Shown here: in pieces, positions 18,685-28,296 of the stretch
Position numbering within the stretch: the first letter of the stretch is position 1
Layout: every line of letters begins with the position of its first letter
DNA from: Candidatus Zhuqueibacterota bacterium
GTDB taxonomy: Bacteria; BS750m-G25
DNA: 64,000 nucleotides
Reading direction: 5' to 3'
Assembly (NCBI GenBank): GCA_016783505.1
Contig: JADHWK010000004.1
Location: forward strand, 1-64,000
Translations under genes and position numbers: made by a program
Notes under the pieces: generated by a model
Database searches by the model: none
What the model saw: the letters and a program-made list of their open reading frames with translations, nothing else
Told to the model about the DNA's origin: nothing

Positions 18685-21600
18685 CTAATTATATTCATCC
18701 CAGCTTTTAACTTTTAAGTCTTTAAGCGCGGTATTATATATCGCCTCAACAAACCTCTTGGCAAGTTGCAAATTTGTAATCAAAGGGACATCGAAGTCCA
18801 ACGCTTTTCGCCTTATAAGATAATCATTATCAAGCTCTTCTCTTTCAATATTTTTAGGTATATTTATTACCAAATCAATTTTCCTATTAGCTATATAACT
18901 AAGTGTATTTGGTTCTTTATTCTCCAATGGCCAGTAAAGAACCCCTGCTTTAATACCATTGGTTTCCATAAAATCAGCAGTTCCCTTTGTCGCATAAAAC
19001 TTAAAACCCATCTCATCTAACGTTTTGGTACTCTCCAGGAACTCCGCCTTACTGTCTATTGGCCCGGTAGACAATAAAATTGTTTCCCTTGGAATTCTAA
19101 AACCTACTGAGATAAGGCTCTTCAGAAAAGCCTCGTTAAAATCATCGCCTAAACAGGCAACCTCACCAGTAGAGGCCATTTCCACACCTAAAATAGGGTC
19201 CGAGCCTTTTAATCTGGTAAAAGAAAACTGGGGCGCCTTCACCCCAACATAATCCAGATCAAAAGAGGACCGATCTATCCTGGGAACACGCTTACCCATA
19301 ATAATCCTGATAGCTAAATCAACAAAGTTTATCTTGAAAACCTTGGAAACAAACGGAAAACTCCTCGAAGCCCTTAAATTACACTCAATAACCTTAACAT
19401 CATTATCTTTAGCTATAAATTGTATGTTAAAGGGACCATTTATCTTCAAAGATCCAGCAATTTTCCTGGCAATTATTTTTATCCTTCTCATCGTTTCTAA
19501 GTAAGTTCTCTGGGGGGGCAGCACCATAGTGGCATCCCCCGAATGGACCCCGGCATTCTCGACATGCTCAGAGATAGCATAACAATAAAGATCGCCCTGC
19601 TTAGCAACGGCATCAATCTCTATCTCTTTAGCCCCCGTTATAAACTTGCTGATAACAACAGGATACTCCTTACTAACCCCAGAGGCTTTTTTGAGATATT
19701 CTTCTAATTCATCTTTACTTAAAGCAATACTCATCGCAGCACCACTGAGAACATAACTCGGTCTAACTAAAACAGGGTAACCAACAGTTTCCGCAAACTC
19801 CTCAGCCTCCATTATGCTGGTCAATTCCTTCCACACCGGTTGATCTATCACCAATTTATCCAATAATTGAGAAAACTTATGCCTATTCTCAGCCTTATCA
19901 ATACTAAGGGGAGACGTCCCCAGTATGGGAACACCAGCATTATGCAACGGTAGAGCCAAATTATTGGGTATTTGACCGCCCATCGAGACTACCACCCCCA
20001 GGGGGTTCTCCTTCTCGTAGACATCCAAAACCCTTTCAAAAGTGAGCTCATCAAAATACAGTTTATCACAAATATCATAATCTGTGCTAACCGTTTCCGG
20101 ATTACAGTTTATCATAATAGTATTGTAATTCAGGTTCCTCAGCGTTATCACTGAATTAACGCAACACCAGTCAAACTCCACTGAGGAACCGATCCTATAG
20201 GCCCCGCCACCTAAAACAACAACCTGATTTTTTCCCTTGAAATCAAGGTCATCCTCACAAGCATTATATGTTAGGTATAAATAATTGGTCTTAGCAGGAT
20301 ACTCTGCTGCTAGTGTATCTATTTGTTTTACATATGGTATAATACCCAGCTTTTTTCTTCTCTCCCTTACTTCCTGTTCGGTACTCACTGTAAGCATTGC
20401 TATTTGCAGATCGGAAAAACCTTTTTGTTTCGCCTCTTTTAATAAAGACGTCGGCAGGTTTTTAAGCCTATAACGCCCTAATTTTTCCTCCATTTCGACA
20501 ATATTTTTTATTTTATACAGGAACCATGGATCAACCTTAGAAAGATCGTATATTTTATCAACAGAATACCCTTTCCTGATTGCTTCAGCAATGGCAAACA
20601 TCCTTTTATCGGTCGGCTCTTTGAGCTCCCTCTCCAGATCATTAAACTTGAGGTCATTGCAAACAAGACCATTCATCCCCACGTCTAACATTCGAATCGC
20701 TTTTTGGATCGCCTCCTCATAACCCCTGGCAATCGCCATCACTTCCCCCACCGATTTCATCTCAGAACCTATACTGAGGGTAACTTTTCTGAATTTTTGT
20801 AAGTCCCATCTTGGATACTTAAGAACAACATAGTCTAAAGCTGGCTCAAAACAAGCGGATGTCTCCTTGGTTATAATATTCTCCACCTCGGTTAAACTAT
20901 AACCTAAAGCCAACTTCGTTGCCATAAAGGCCAACGGATAACCCGTTGCTTTAGAAGCCAGGGCAGAACTCCTGCTTAATCTGGCATTCACCTCTATTAT
21001 TCGGTAATCTTCTGACTGAGGATCAAGGGCAAATTGTATATTACATTCACCGACAATACCGAGGTGCCTTATCACTTTTATAGATAAAGCCCTCAATTTA
21101 AAATTTTCAGAAGCGGTTAAGGTTTGCACTGGGGCAATAACTATACTTTCACCGGTATGAATCCCCATAGGATCAATGTTCTCCATAGAACAAACAACGA
21201 TGCAGTTATTATACCCATCCCTCACAACCTCATATTCAATTTCTTTCCAGCCGTCAAGATATTCTTCGATCAAAATTTGATCTGTAAAAGAAAAAGCCTT
21301 TTCCGTTATTTCAATTAATTGTTTTTTATTATAGGCCACGCCCGAACCTAAACCACCTAAGGCATACGCTATCCTACACATAACAGGATAACCAATTTTT
21401 TCTGCTATCTTCACCGCTTCTTCTACATCAGCACCAGCTTCACCTCTGGGAACCTTTAGATTGATCTCTTTCAATTTTTTAATAAACAAATTCCTATCCT
21501 CCGTATGCTGAATCGCCTCAACAGGGGTACCCAGGACTTCAACCCCATACTTTTGAAAAACACCTTTTTCAGCTAACTCAACACCGACATTTAACGCTGT

Positions 21601-21885
21601 TTGCCCCCCAAAACCAAGCAATACCCCATCAGGCCCTTCCTTCTCAATGACCTTTTCGACAAAATAGGCATCAATTGGCACAAAGTAAACTTTATCAGCC
21701 AGATAATCGGATGTTTGAATGGTGGCAATATTTGGATTAACCAAAACTGTTTTAATTCCCTCCTCCTTGAATGCTTTAATTGCCTGACTACCGGAGTAAT
21801 CAAACTCACCCGCCTGTCCTATCCGGATTGCCCCTGATCCCAAAATCAAGACTTTCTTTAGTTTAATTCGTTTTTCCTTCATCAT
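18685..21885 (-). CDS. carB: carbamoyl-phosphate synthase large subunit
   Basis: KVLILGSG...GQAGEFDYSGSQA, duplicated ATP-grasp domains, C-terminal MGS-like domain. Confidence 0.97.
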   Translation of the reverse strand: MMKEKRIKLKKVLILGSGAIRIGQAGEFDYSGSQAIKAFKEEGIKTVLVNPNIATIQTSDYLADKVYFVPIDAYFVEKVIEKEGPDGVLLGFGGQTALNVGVELAEKGVFQKYGVEVLGTPVEAIQHTEDRNLFIKKLKEINLKVPRGEAGADVEEAVKIAEKIGYPVMCRIAYALGGLGSGVAYNKKQLIEITEKAFSFTDQILIEEYLDGWKEIEYEVVRDGYNNCIVVCSMENIDPMGIHTGESIVIAPVQTLTASENFKLRALSIKVIRHLGIVGECNIQFALDPQSEDYRIIEVNARLSRSSALASKATGYPLAFMATKLALGYSLTEVENIITKETSACFEPALDYVVLKYPRWDLQKFRKVTLSIGSEMKSVGEVMAIARGYEEAIQKAIRMLDVGMNGLVCNDLKFNDLERELKEPTDKRMFAIAEAIRKGYSVDKIYDLSKVDPWFLYKIKNIVEMEEKLGRYRLKNLPTSLLKEAKQKGFSDLQIAMLTVSTEQEVRERRKKLGIIPYVKQIDTLAAEYPAKTNYLYLTYNACEDDLDFKGKNQVVVLGGGAYRIGSSVEFDWCCVNSVITLRNLNYNTIMINCNPETVSTDYDICDKLYFDELTFERVLDVYEKENPLGVVVSMGGQIPNNLALPLHNAGVPILGTSPLSIDKAENRHKFSQLLDKLVIDQPVWKELTSIMEAEEFAETVGYPVLVRPSYVLSGAAMSIALSKDELEEYLKKASGVSKEYPVVISKFITGAKEIEIDAVAKQGDLYCYAISEHVENAGVHSGDATMVLPPQRTYLETMRRIKIIARKIAGSLKINGPFNIQFIAKDNDVKVIECNLRASRSFPFVSKVFKINFVDLAIRIIMGKRVPRIDRSSFDLDYVGVKAPQFSFTRLKGSDPILGVEMASTGEVACLGDDFNEAFLKSLISVGFRIPRETILLSTGPIDSKAEFLESTKTLDEMGFKFYATKGTADFMETNGIKAGVLYWPLENKEPNTLSYIANRKIDLVINIPKNIEREELDNDYLIRRKALDFDVPLITNLQLAKRFVEAIYNTALKDLKVKSWDEYN

Positions 21886-22955
21886 TTCATCGTCCTTAAA
21901 AACATGTCAAACAGAAATTCGGTATCATCTGGACCCGGGGATGCTTCGGGGTGAAATTGAGTTCCAAAAAATGGTTTTGATATGTGAATGATGCCCTCAT
22001 TTGTCTTATCATTATTATTGTAAAACCACTCCCGCCAATCCTCAGGTAATGTATCGGAATCAACAGCGTAACCATGGTTCTGCGAAGTGATATAGCACCT
22101 TTTGGTCCCCATCTCCACACACGGCTGATTTTGACTTCTATGACCATATTTTAATTTATAGGTATCAGCACCAGCCGCAAGCCCTAGAATCTGTGAACCG
22201 AGACAAATACCAAGAATAGGAATATTTTTAGACAAAGCCCTCTGGACATTCTCTATCGTCTCATTGCACTTTCTCGGATCACCAGGCCCATTTGATATTA
22301 CAACGCCATCTGCTTCTTCCTTTGAAAAATCATAATTCCATGGGACCCTAATAACAGTGAGGTTTCTTCTTAGAAAAGCCCGGATTATGTTATTTTTCGT
22401 ACCACAATCAACGACTACAATTCTCTTCTTACCTTTTTTGTATACAATAGGTGTTCTAATACTAACTTCAGCCACCAAGTTTCTTTCATTCGGATCTTCA
22501 AATGAAATATTTTCTTTATCATAAACAATCTTTCCCAGCATTGTTCCCCTTTCCCTTAATTTTTTAGTTAATCCCCTGGTATCTATATCATATATTGCTG
22601 GGATATTATATTCTTGCAGCCATTCCGCTAAAGATTTCTCAGCATTCCAATGAGAGTATCTTTTAGAATAATCAGCTATTATTAAACCCTGAACTTGTAT
22701 TTTATCCGACTCAAAATATTTTAACAACCCGTCTTCTTTTTCATCTCCCGGGACGCCATAATTACCTATTAAGGGGTATGTTAAAACTAAGATTTGGACC
22801 TTATAGGAGGGATCGGTCAAACTTTCTGGATAGCCGACCATTCCGGTATTAAACACCACCTCTCCCGTTACCGCTTTTTTAGAACCAAAGGAATATCCTT
22901 GGAAAACAGAACCATCTTCCAGAACAAGTTTAGATAGCTGTTTCTTAGACTCCAT
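21882..22955 (-). CDS. carA: carbamoyl-phosphate synthase small subunit
   Basis: GEVVFNTGMVGY, SNGPGDP, GICLG, QNHG, QFHPE. Confidence 0.97.
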   Translation of the reverse strand: MESKKQLSKLVLEDGSVFQGYSFGSKKAVTGEVVFNTGMVGYPESLTDPSYKVQILVLTYPLIGNYGVPGDEKEDGLLKYFESDKIQVQGLIIADYSKRYSHWNAEKSLAEWLQEYNIPAIYDIDTRGLTKKLRERGTMLGKIVYDKENISFEDPNERNLVAEVSIRTPIVYKKGKKRIVVVDCGTKNNIIRAFLRRNLTVIRVPWNYDFSKEEADGVVISNGPGDPRKCNETIENVQRALSKNIPILGICLGSQILGLAAGADTYKLKYGHRSQNQPCVEMGTKRCYITSQNHGYAVDSDTLPEDWREWFYNNNDKTNEGIIHISKPFFGTQFHPEASPGPDDTEFLFDMFLRTMK

Positions 22956-23695
22956 ATTACAAAATCCTTCCTCAGTAAAAAGTTCTTTGTGAGAGCAAAC
23001 TATACATTTTAGTCACCTAATATATCTTTTCGCAGGCGCCCAGTTTCGCCTACATAGATATCTTCATAAGCTAAGATCTTAAAATTTATGTCAAGTTTTA
23101 TCGTTGAAATCGAACTGTATTGTTTTGAAATTCGAAATACGATCCCGAAAATTCGGGACGAAACAATATGGAAACTCATCCGCCTCAGGCGGACGAAACA
23201 ACCCTAAGCTGAGTTGTTCTAGGCATCGGTCAGGCGCCCGGGTCTGTTGCAGAACTATCGGATAGGAATCAATTCCTATCCTAAATATGACCATAATTCC
23301 AATGAATTGGAATAAATCATCCAATCCTATTTATTGGATTTACAAATAACTTATGATAGTAATTTATTGCTATCCTAAATTGGCAACGTTTGCCAGTTGT
23401 ACCACAGGCCCGCCCGACTGAAAGACTTCTTGGTTTAGAGCATTAGGATTTTGGTCATTAGGGTTTGTTTCGGATTTCGATATTCGTCCGCCCTAGGCGG
23501 ATTCTTACTAACTTCTTGCCTTCCTCGGGTTGGGGCGAAGCTTCGTTTGTATATAGACGCATTTTTCCCCACTAGATTATGAAAAAGTGCGGGTATTAAC
23601 CCCCAGCCGGTATGACAGACGAGCTTTTTCAAAACACAAGTTAACATTCAATATACATTATTATTTCAAAAAATTCAAGAAAAACTCAATTCTTT

Positions 23696-24229
23696 TTAAG
23701 CCTTCCCGCAGCAATATTTGAACTTCTTCCCACTCCCGCAGGGGCAGGGGTCATTGCGGCCCACATTCAGGATGGCGTTGAAAACGATCTGATTCTCCTT
23801 GTACAGATTGGTGCGCAGAAAGGTCTTGCATTCATCAAAAGCCATATCGGCCCATACCCGAAGCTCCGGCTCGGGTTCGGATTCCCTTCTATACCGCTTG
23901 AGAAGGCGGTAGGCCTCAAAACTGCCCCGGTGGGCCAGGATCATCAGGGCCTTCTTTTTCTGTTTCAACGAACTTTGAGGGTCCAAAAGCACCGCCCCCT
24001 GGGCTTCGATCTCGGGAACCGAAAGGGTCTGGTAGTTTTTAGGTAACATCTTATGGGCCTTGATATAGTCCCGTGCCGCTCTGGCGGCAGGACTTTTTGG
24101 ATCATCCACGAAGGTAATGAACACGTCCTTCCCCGAATCCCGGACGGCGGAGAAAAATGCAGCGTATTCCTCCGGGCTGACGTTTTTCCTCTTTAAGAAA
24201 TCCTTCATATCCATAATGTTCCTTCTCAT
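23696..24229 (-). CDS. SEC-C motif-containing protein
   Basis: C-terminal [20 protein letters not shown]. Confidence 0.85.
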   Translation of the reverse strand: MRRNIMDMKDFLKRKNVSPEEYAAFFSAVRDSGKDVFITFVDDPKSPAARAARDYIKAHKMLPKNYQTLSVPEIEAQGAVLLDPQSSLKQKKKALMILAHRGSFEAYRLLKRYRRESEPEPELRVWADMAFDECKTFLRTNLYKENQIVFNAILNVGRNDPCPCGSGKKFKYCCGKA

Positions 24230-24350
24230 TTATTGAACGTCTCGGAACTTCTAAGAATTGATTAGGTTTTATGAAACATTGACGGTAACCGTCCAACGAA
24301 TAATGAATCAGTCGGGCGCCTGACCGAAGAAATTAGTGGCAGTGGTTTTT

Positions 24351-24734
24351 TTAGTATTTACATTCCCCTCCCTTGATGGGAGGGGTAAGGGGAGGGTGAT
24401 TTGAGCAATGCTCCCTTATCAATTCTGATACTCCATATATAATTTTTAAAACCTCGTTATTCCAGAATCTTATCACTTTAAAACCTTGGTTACTAAACCA
24501 CTTCTCTCTTTTGCTATCTTTTTCAGTTTGTGTTGCATACTGTCCACCATCCAGTTCTATTATAATCCGTTTCTCAAAACAAACAAAATCAAGTATATAA
24601 TTCCCAATAGGCTGTTGTCTTCTAAACTTAGGCCCTCCCAATTGTTTTCTTCTTGGATGCTTCCATAATAACCTCTCTGCTTCTGTTGCTCTTTTTCTGA
24701 GATTTCTGGATAAAATTGTTATTTTGCTTGGCAT
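24351..24734 (-). CDS. DUF559 (Vsr-like) endonuclease, possibly decaying
   Basis: LRKRATEAERLLW, KFRRQQPIGNYILDF, IELDGGQ, VIRFWN; repeat-derived tail HPPLTPPIKGGE. Confidence 0.8.
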   Translation of the reverse strand: MPSKITILSRNLRKRATEAERLLWKHPRRKQLGGPKFRRQQPIGNYILDFVCFEKRIIIELDGGQYATQTEKDSKREKWFSNQGFKVIRFWNNEVLKIIYGVSELIREHCSNHPPLTPPIKGGECKY

Positions 24735-24986
24735 GGTTCTTAATCACCCCCACCTTCATCCTGTTAAATAATCTATCTATTTAACAGGGCAAGCCCTCCC
24801 CCATTAAGGGGGAGGGAATCCGATAAGTCGGACGTCTGGCCGATTCCAGCATTTCTGAAATGATGGAATATCGAAATACCATCCCAAGACCTGTAGGGAA
24901 ATGCTGGGTAAAAAGCTTAAACCAAATGCCATTACCCCATTATTCCATCACTCCATTATTCCAATTGGGGCGTAGTACCTAAGTTA

Positions 24987-25988
24987 TTATTCGTAATATT
25001 TTTTCAACGCCTTCAAGGCCCTATATGTCGCCCACTTGCTCTCCCTTCCCTTGGTTTCCAGCTTGGTGTACATATTGGATACGTCCCGCGCCAGGCTCCA
25101 GCGGCCATTTTTCTGCTGTTTCGATTTCAACAGGTGGGCGGCATCGGTCATTCTTTCATCTTTAATCCCAAGGGAAAGGAGAACATCCAGGATTTCCAGA
25201 AAATCCGAATAGACGAAGGATGGAAAAGTAATCAGGTCTATGTTATTATGAAGAAGTTTAGCGGGGTTATGGCTGGATTTATAAAGACGATGGATCAGGA
25301 AAAACTCCGCCCCCCTTCTTACGTATTCTTTCACCCGATCATCCCACTGATCTTTTGGCAAAGCAGTCACTGCCTTCAGCCCTTTGAACCCGGCGTAGCA
25401 GGAGTGGGCCCCGCTGCAGCGGTCCTTCCGGCCCCGGTAAGGCCACTCTTTTGGGGTCCTAAAATTCCCGTCGTCGAAACGCTGATAGCGATACAGAATC
25501 TCGAAGCCCTTTTGAACCCTATCATCCTCTACATAGCCCAATTTGGAAAGTGCCCACAGCATGTTCCCCTGAAAACAGGGAGCCAGGGTATCAAATCCAA
25601 CAATGGTAAACAGCCCATCCTCATGGTAGCAATACTTCAGCACGTATTCGCATGTCCTTTTTATCCTTTCATCATCCCCATCGGCTCCCAGTTCGGCGAA
25701 CAGGATAAGCTGCCAGATGGTCCCCTTATATTTGGGCAGATACCCATAATTGGCAAACTCCTGCCCATATTTGCAGATGGTCTTCTCATCCACATAATGG
25801 CCATTTTCACCCAATTTTGACAGAATTTTAGGGATGGGACCTTGGGACATTATTCTCCTTTTCCAAGCCAAAACTTCCGAATCGTCTTCCGGTTTATCCA
25901 GAAGGTTCAGTAGGGTAAATGTTCGGACCGAGGGATTGTTCTCTTGTAACAGCCAATGGGTGGTTTCGTCGGACAGCGAAAAAGTCAT
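24987..25988 (-). CDS. prenyltransferase/squalene-cyclase-like alpha-barrel hypothetical protein
   Basis: WLLQENNPSVR, QRFDDG, LKSKQQKNGRW (QW-like repeat), GRESKWATYRAL. Confidence 0.65.
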   Translation of the reverse strand: MTFSLSDETTHWLLQENNPSVRTFTLLNLLDKPEDDSEVLAWKRRIMSQGPIPKILSKLGENGHYVDEKTICKYGQEFANYGYLPKYKGTIWQLILFAELGADGDDERIKRTCEYVLKYCYHEDGLFTIVGFDTLAPCFQGNMLWALSKLGYVEDDRVQKGFEILYRYQRFDDGNFRTPKEWPYRGRKDRCSGAHSCYAGFKGLKAVTALPKDQWDDRVKEYVRRGAEFFLIHRLYKSSHNPAKLLHNNIDLITFPSFVYSDFLEILDVLLSLGIKDERMTDAAHLLKSKQQKNGRWSLARDVSNMYTKLETKGRESKWATYRALKALKKYYE

Positions 25989-26436
25989 CGTGTATCCTTA
26001 TCTATACATAAAATGGCGATGGGGAATTCCTCCGACTTTCATTCCCATTTTTCAAAGCATACGATCTCCTCAAGGTATTTCCGCTTTTTACTTTTAAAAA
26101 AGATAAACAAAAAGAAACAAATAAGCAATAGAAAAAAGAATCTCTCAGACCGCCTGATAATTTAATTTAGGACTGAAAATTAATAAGACGACAATCGTAA
26201 CCGATTTATCCGTCAGGCGCCGGACTGATTTGCCTGCCCCTAGGCGGGTCTCCCTGGGCCATGCGGTCATACGATCCGTCCTAAAGACCCGTTCCGGGTA
26301 GGAGGCTACGCTCCCAGGGCGGCGAAGCTTCGCTAAATACGTGAACAAAATTGACAAATTAACCCTACCTTCGGAAATTTAACTTCGAACTTATGGATGT
26401 AACGGACCTGGCGGTATTTTAGAATTAAAAATAAGG

Positions 26437-26465
26437 TTGACTTTTATCTCTCTAAATATTATATT
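26437..26465 (+). promoter_or_regulatory. sigma70-like promoter upstream of the TolC-RND operon
   Basis: TTGACT-17 nt-TATATT. Confidence 0.45.
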
Positions 26466-26753
26466 AAAGAAATTCTTATACTGCTAAATCGTGTTAAATT
26501 AATGTCATTTAAGGTGATCAGTAAGGACTCAATTTAATTTCTTCTTAGGATTTCCCAATTCCATAATTAACACCTCGGTTTTCCCAACCAACCAATTTAC
26601 CTTGCACAAAGTAAATCCCTTTCTCTAATAGTCTTCCCAATGTGGATTAACAAAGCAGTTAGTAAGCGTTGCCTGGATTTTGACTTTAGCAGAGAATCTT
26701 CCAGTTTCAAAATTAAAGTAGCTGAAGTCCCAAAAAACTAAAGGAGGTGTAGA

Positions 26754-28208
26754 ATGAAAGTAGGGATTTATTTAATCGTGCTCGTCTTGCAGATGGTTAC
26801 CATCTGTCATGCCCAGACGATAACCTTGAACGAGTTCCTCAATTTGATTCATAAGAATCATCCCCTGTTCGCAAAAGAGGAACTATCCTCGAAAATCGAG
26901 GAGAAGGGAAGAGACTCCTATCTGGGGAGTCAGGATTGGAGAATAACATCTACCCCGTATTATGCACGTCAAAATCCATTGCCCCCAGTAGTATTTGCGC
27001 CGGAGAGGGTAGATCAAACGAGCATAGGTGCGGTGGCGGAAAGAGCCTTCTGGAAGACAGGAGGTAGACTATCCCTATCCTGGTCATCAGTGTTCACCGA
27101 CCAGATTGGACTTGAGGATATTGTTATTCCCAATGTGATAACTATCCCTACCGGTCCACCCGAATTCTATCAAAATAATCTTTATCTGACCTATTCCCAG
27201 CCCCTACTCCAAAACTACAAGGGGGAACTTGACCGTCTCGGCTACGAGACGAGCCAATACTCCGTGGATGTGGCTGGGGTACAGGCGCTTGAAAACAAGG
27301 AAGAATTTCTATTGACCATGGGACTACAATTCCTGAATTGGGTTCTGCTCTCGGAACAAAAAACAATCGCCACCGAACGGCTCCATCTGGCAGAACGGCA
27401 GCTGGAACAAACCCAGAAAAAGCGGGCAGCGAACTTAGTGGACGAAGTGGATGTTCTACGGTCCGAGGACGCCGTCCGCATCGCTGAACAGGGTGTCGTT
27501 CTCATTGATGGTCTGTGGAAAGGCAATCAGGCTGAATTGGCAGTTCTTTCGCGTTCGGAGGAGCTTTATACATTGGGTCCTGAGTTTAACCTTTACGACA
27601 GGAGGGACCGCCCTACTCTTGATGAAGCCACCTCCCGACTTCGGAGCCAATCCAGGTTGTTGGAATTACTGGCCATTCAACAGGCACAATTGGAGCGGCA
27701 GCAGCGGGGGTTCGAGGAAATGACCAAACCACAACTCTATCTGAATACCCAAATCGCCCTGAAAAGCGGTGATGATAAATTCGGCGATGCCATGGGCTTT
27801 GATAAGCGCGATATGGGTGTCTCACTTCAGTTCAGTTACCCGTTGGGAAACCGCTCGGCTATCACAAAGGTTGAACAGACTGCCATCCAGGTTCGGCAAA
27901 TTAAGCTGGCAGAAGAAGAAGTTGCCCTGGGCTTAGAAGGGGGTTTACGCAATCTGCTGATACAAATCGAAGAGATAGAAAGGGTCTTATCCTTAAATGA
28001 GCGACAGATGGAAACGGCACGGCTTAAGACCCAGGAGGAGCTCAAACGATACAACCGGGGCCGCGGCGACCTGACATTTGTCATTCAGAGTCAGGACAAT
28101 GAAGAACGTGCTAAACTAACCTATGCCCAGAATGCTGCCACTTATCATGGCTTGAATCTGAGGCTCAGCGCCCTTCTGGATGAACTACTTCCTTCTAATG
28201 CTGAATAG
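26754..28208 (+). CDS. TolC family outer membrane efflux protein
   Basis: Signal peptide, two OEP-type helical repeats, YSQPLL and FSYPLGN; AAGGAGGT SD. Confidence 0.88.
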   Translation: MKVGIYLIVLVLQMVTICHAQTITLNEFLNLIHKNHPLFAKEELSSKIEEKGRDSYLGSQDWRITSTPYYARQNPLPPVVFAPERVDQTSIGAVAERAFWKTGGRLSLSWSSVFTDQIGLEDIVIPNVITIPTGPPEFYQNNLYLTYSQPLLQNYKGELDRLGYETSQYSVDVAGVQALENKEEFLLTMGLQFLNWVLLSEQKTIATERLHLAERQLEQTQKKRAANLVDEVDVLRSEDAVRIAEQGVVLIDGLWKGNQAELAVLSRSEELYTLGPEFNLYDRRDRPTLDEATSRLRSQSRLLELLAIQQAQLERQQRGFEEMTKPQLYLNTQIALKSGDDKFGDAMGFDKRDMGVSLQFSYPLGNRSAITKVEQTAIQVRQIKLAEEEVALGLEGGLRNLLIQIEEIERVLSLNERQMETARLKTQEELKRYNRGRGDLTFVIQSQDNEERAKLTYAQNAATYHGLNLRLSALLDELLPSNAE

Positions 28209-28296
28209 TAGGAGTAACTTTACATTTGAAAACCTTGCGAAGGTTTTAAACATTCGCAAGGTTAATTCCCACACCCCAAAAAGCAGGTAACAAACC

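Noticed and set aside
22972-23007. Homology of the carA upstream ORF to the fungal arginine attenuator peptide
   Set aside because: Only a superficial resemblance in the first residues; it is too short and lacks the conserved core.
24987-25988. Nitrogenase-related or true squalene cyclase function
   Set aside because: No P-loop or nitrogenase Fe-S motifs and no DXDD cyclase motif; only a fold-level guess is supportable.
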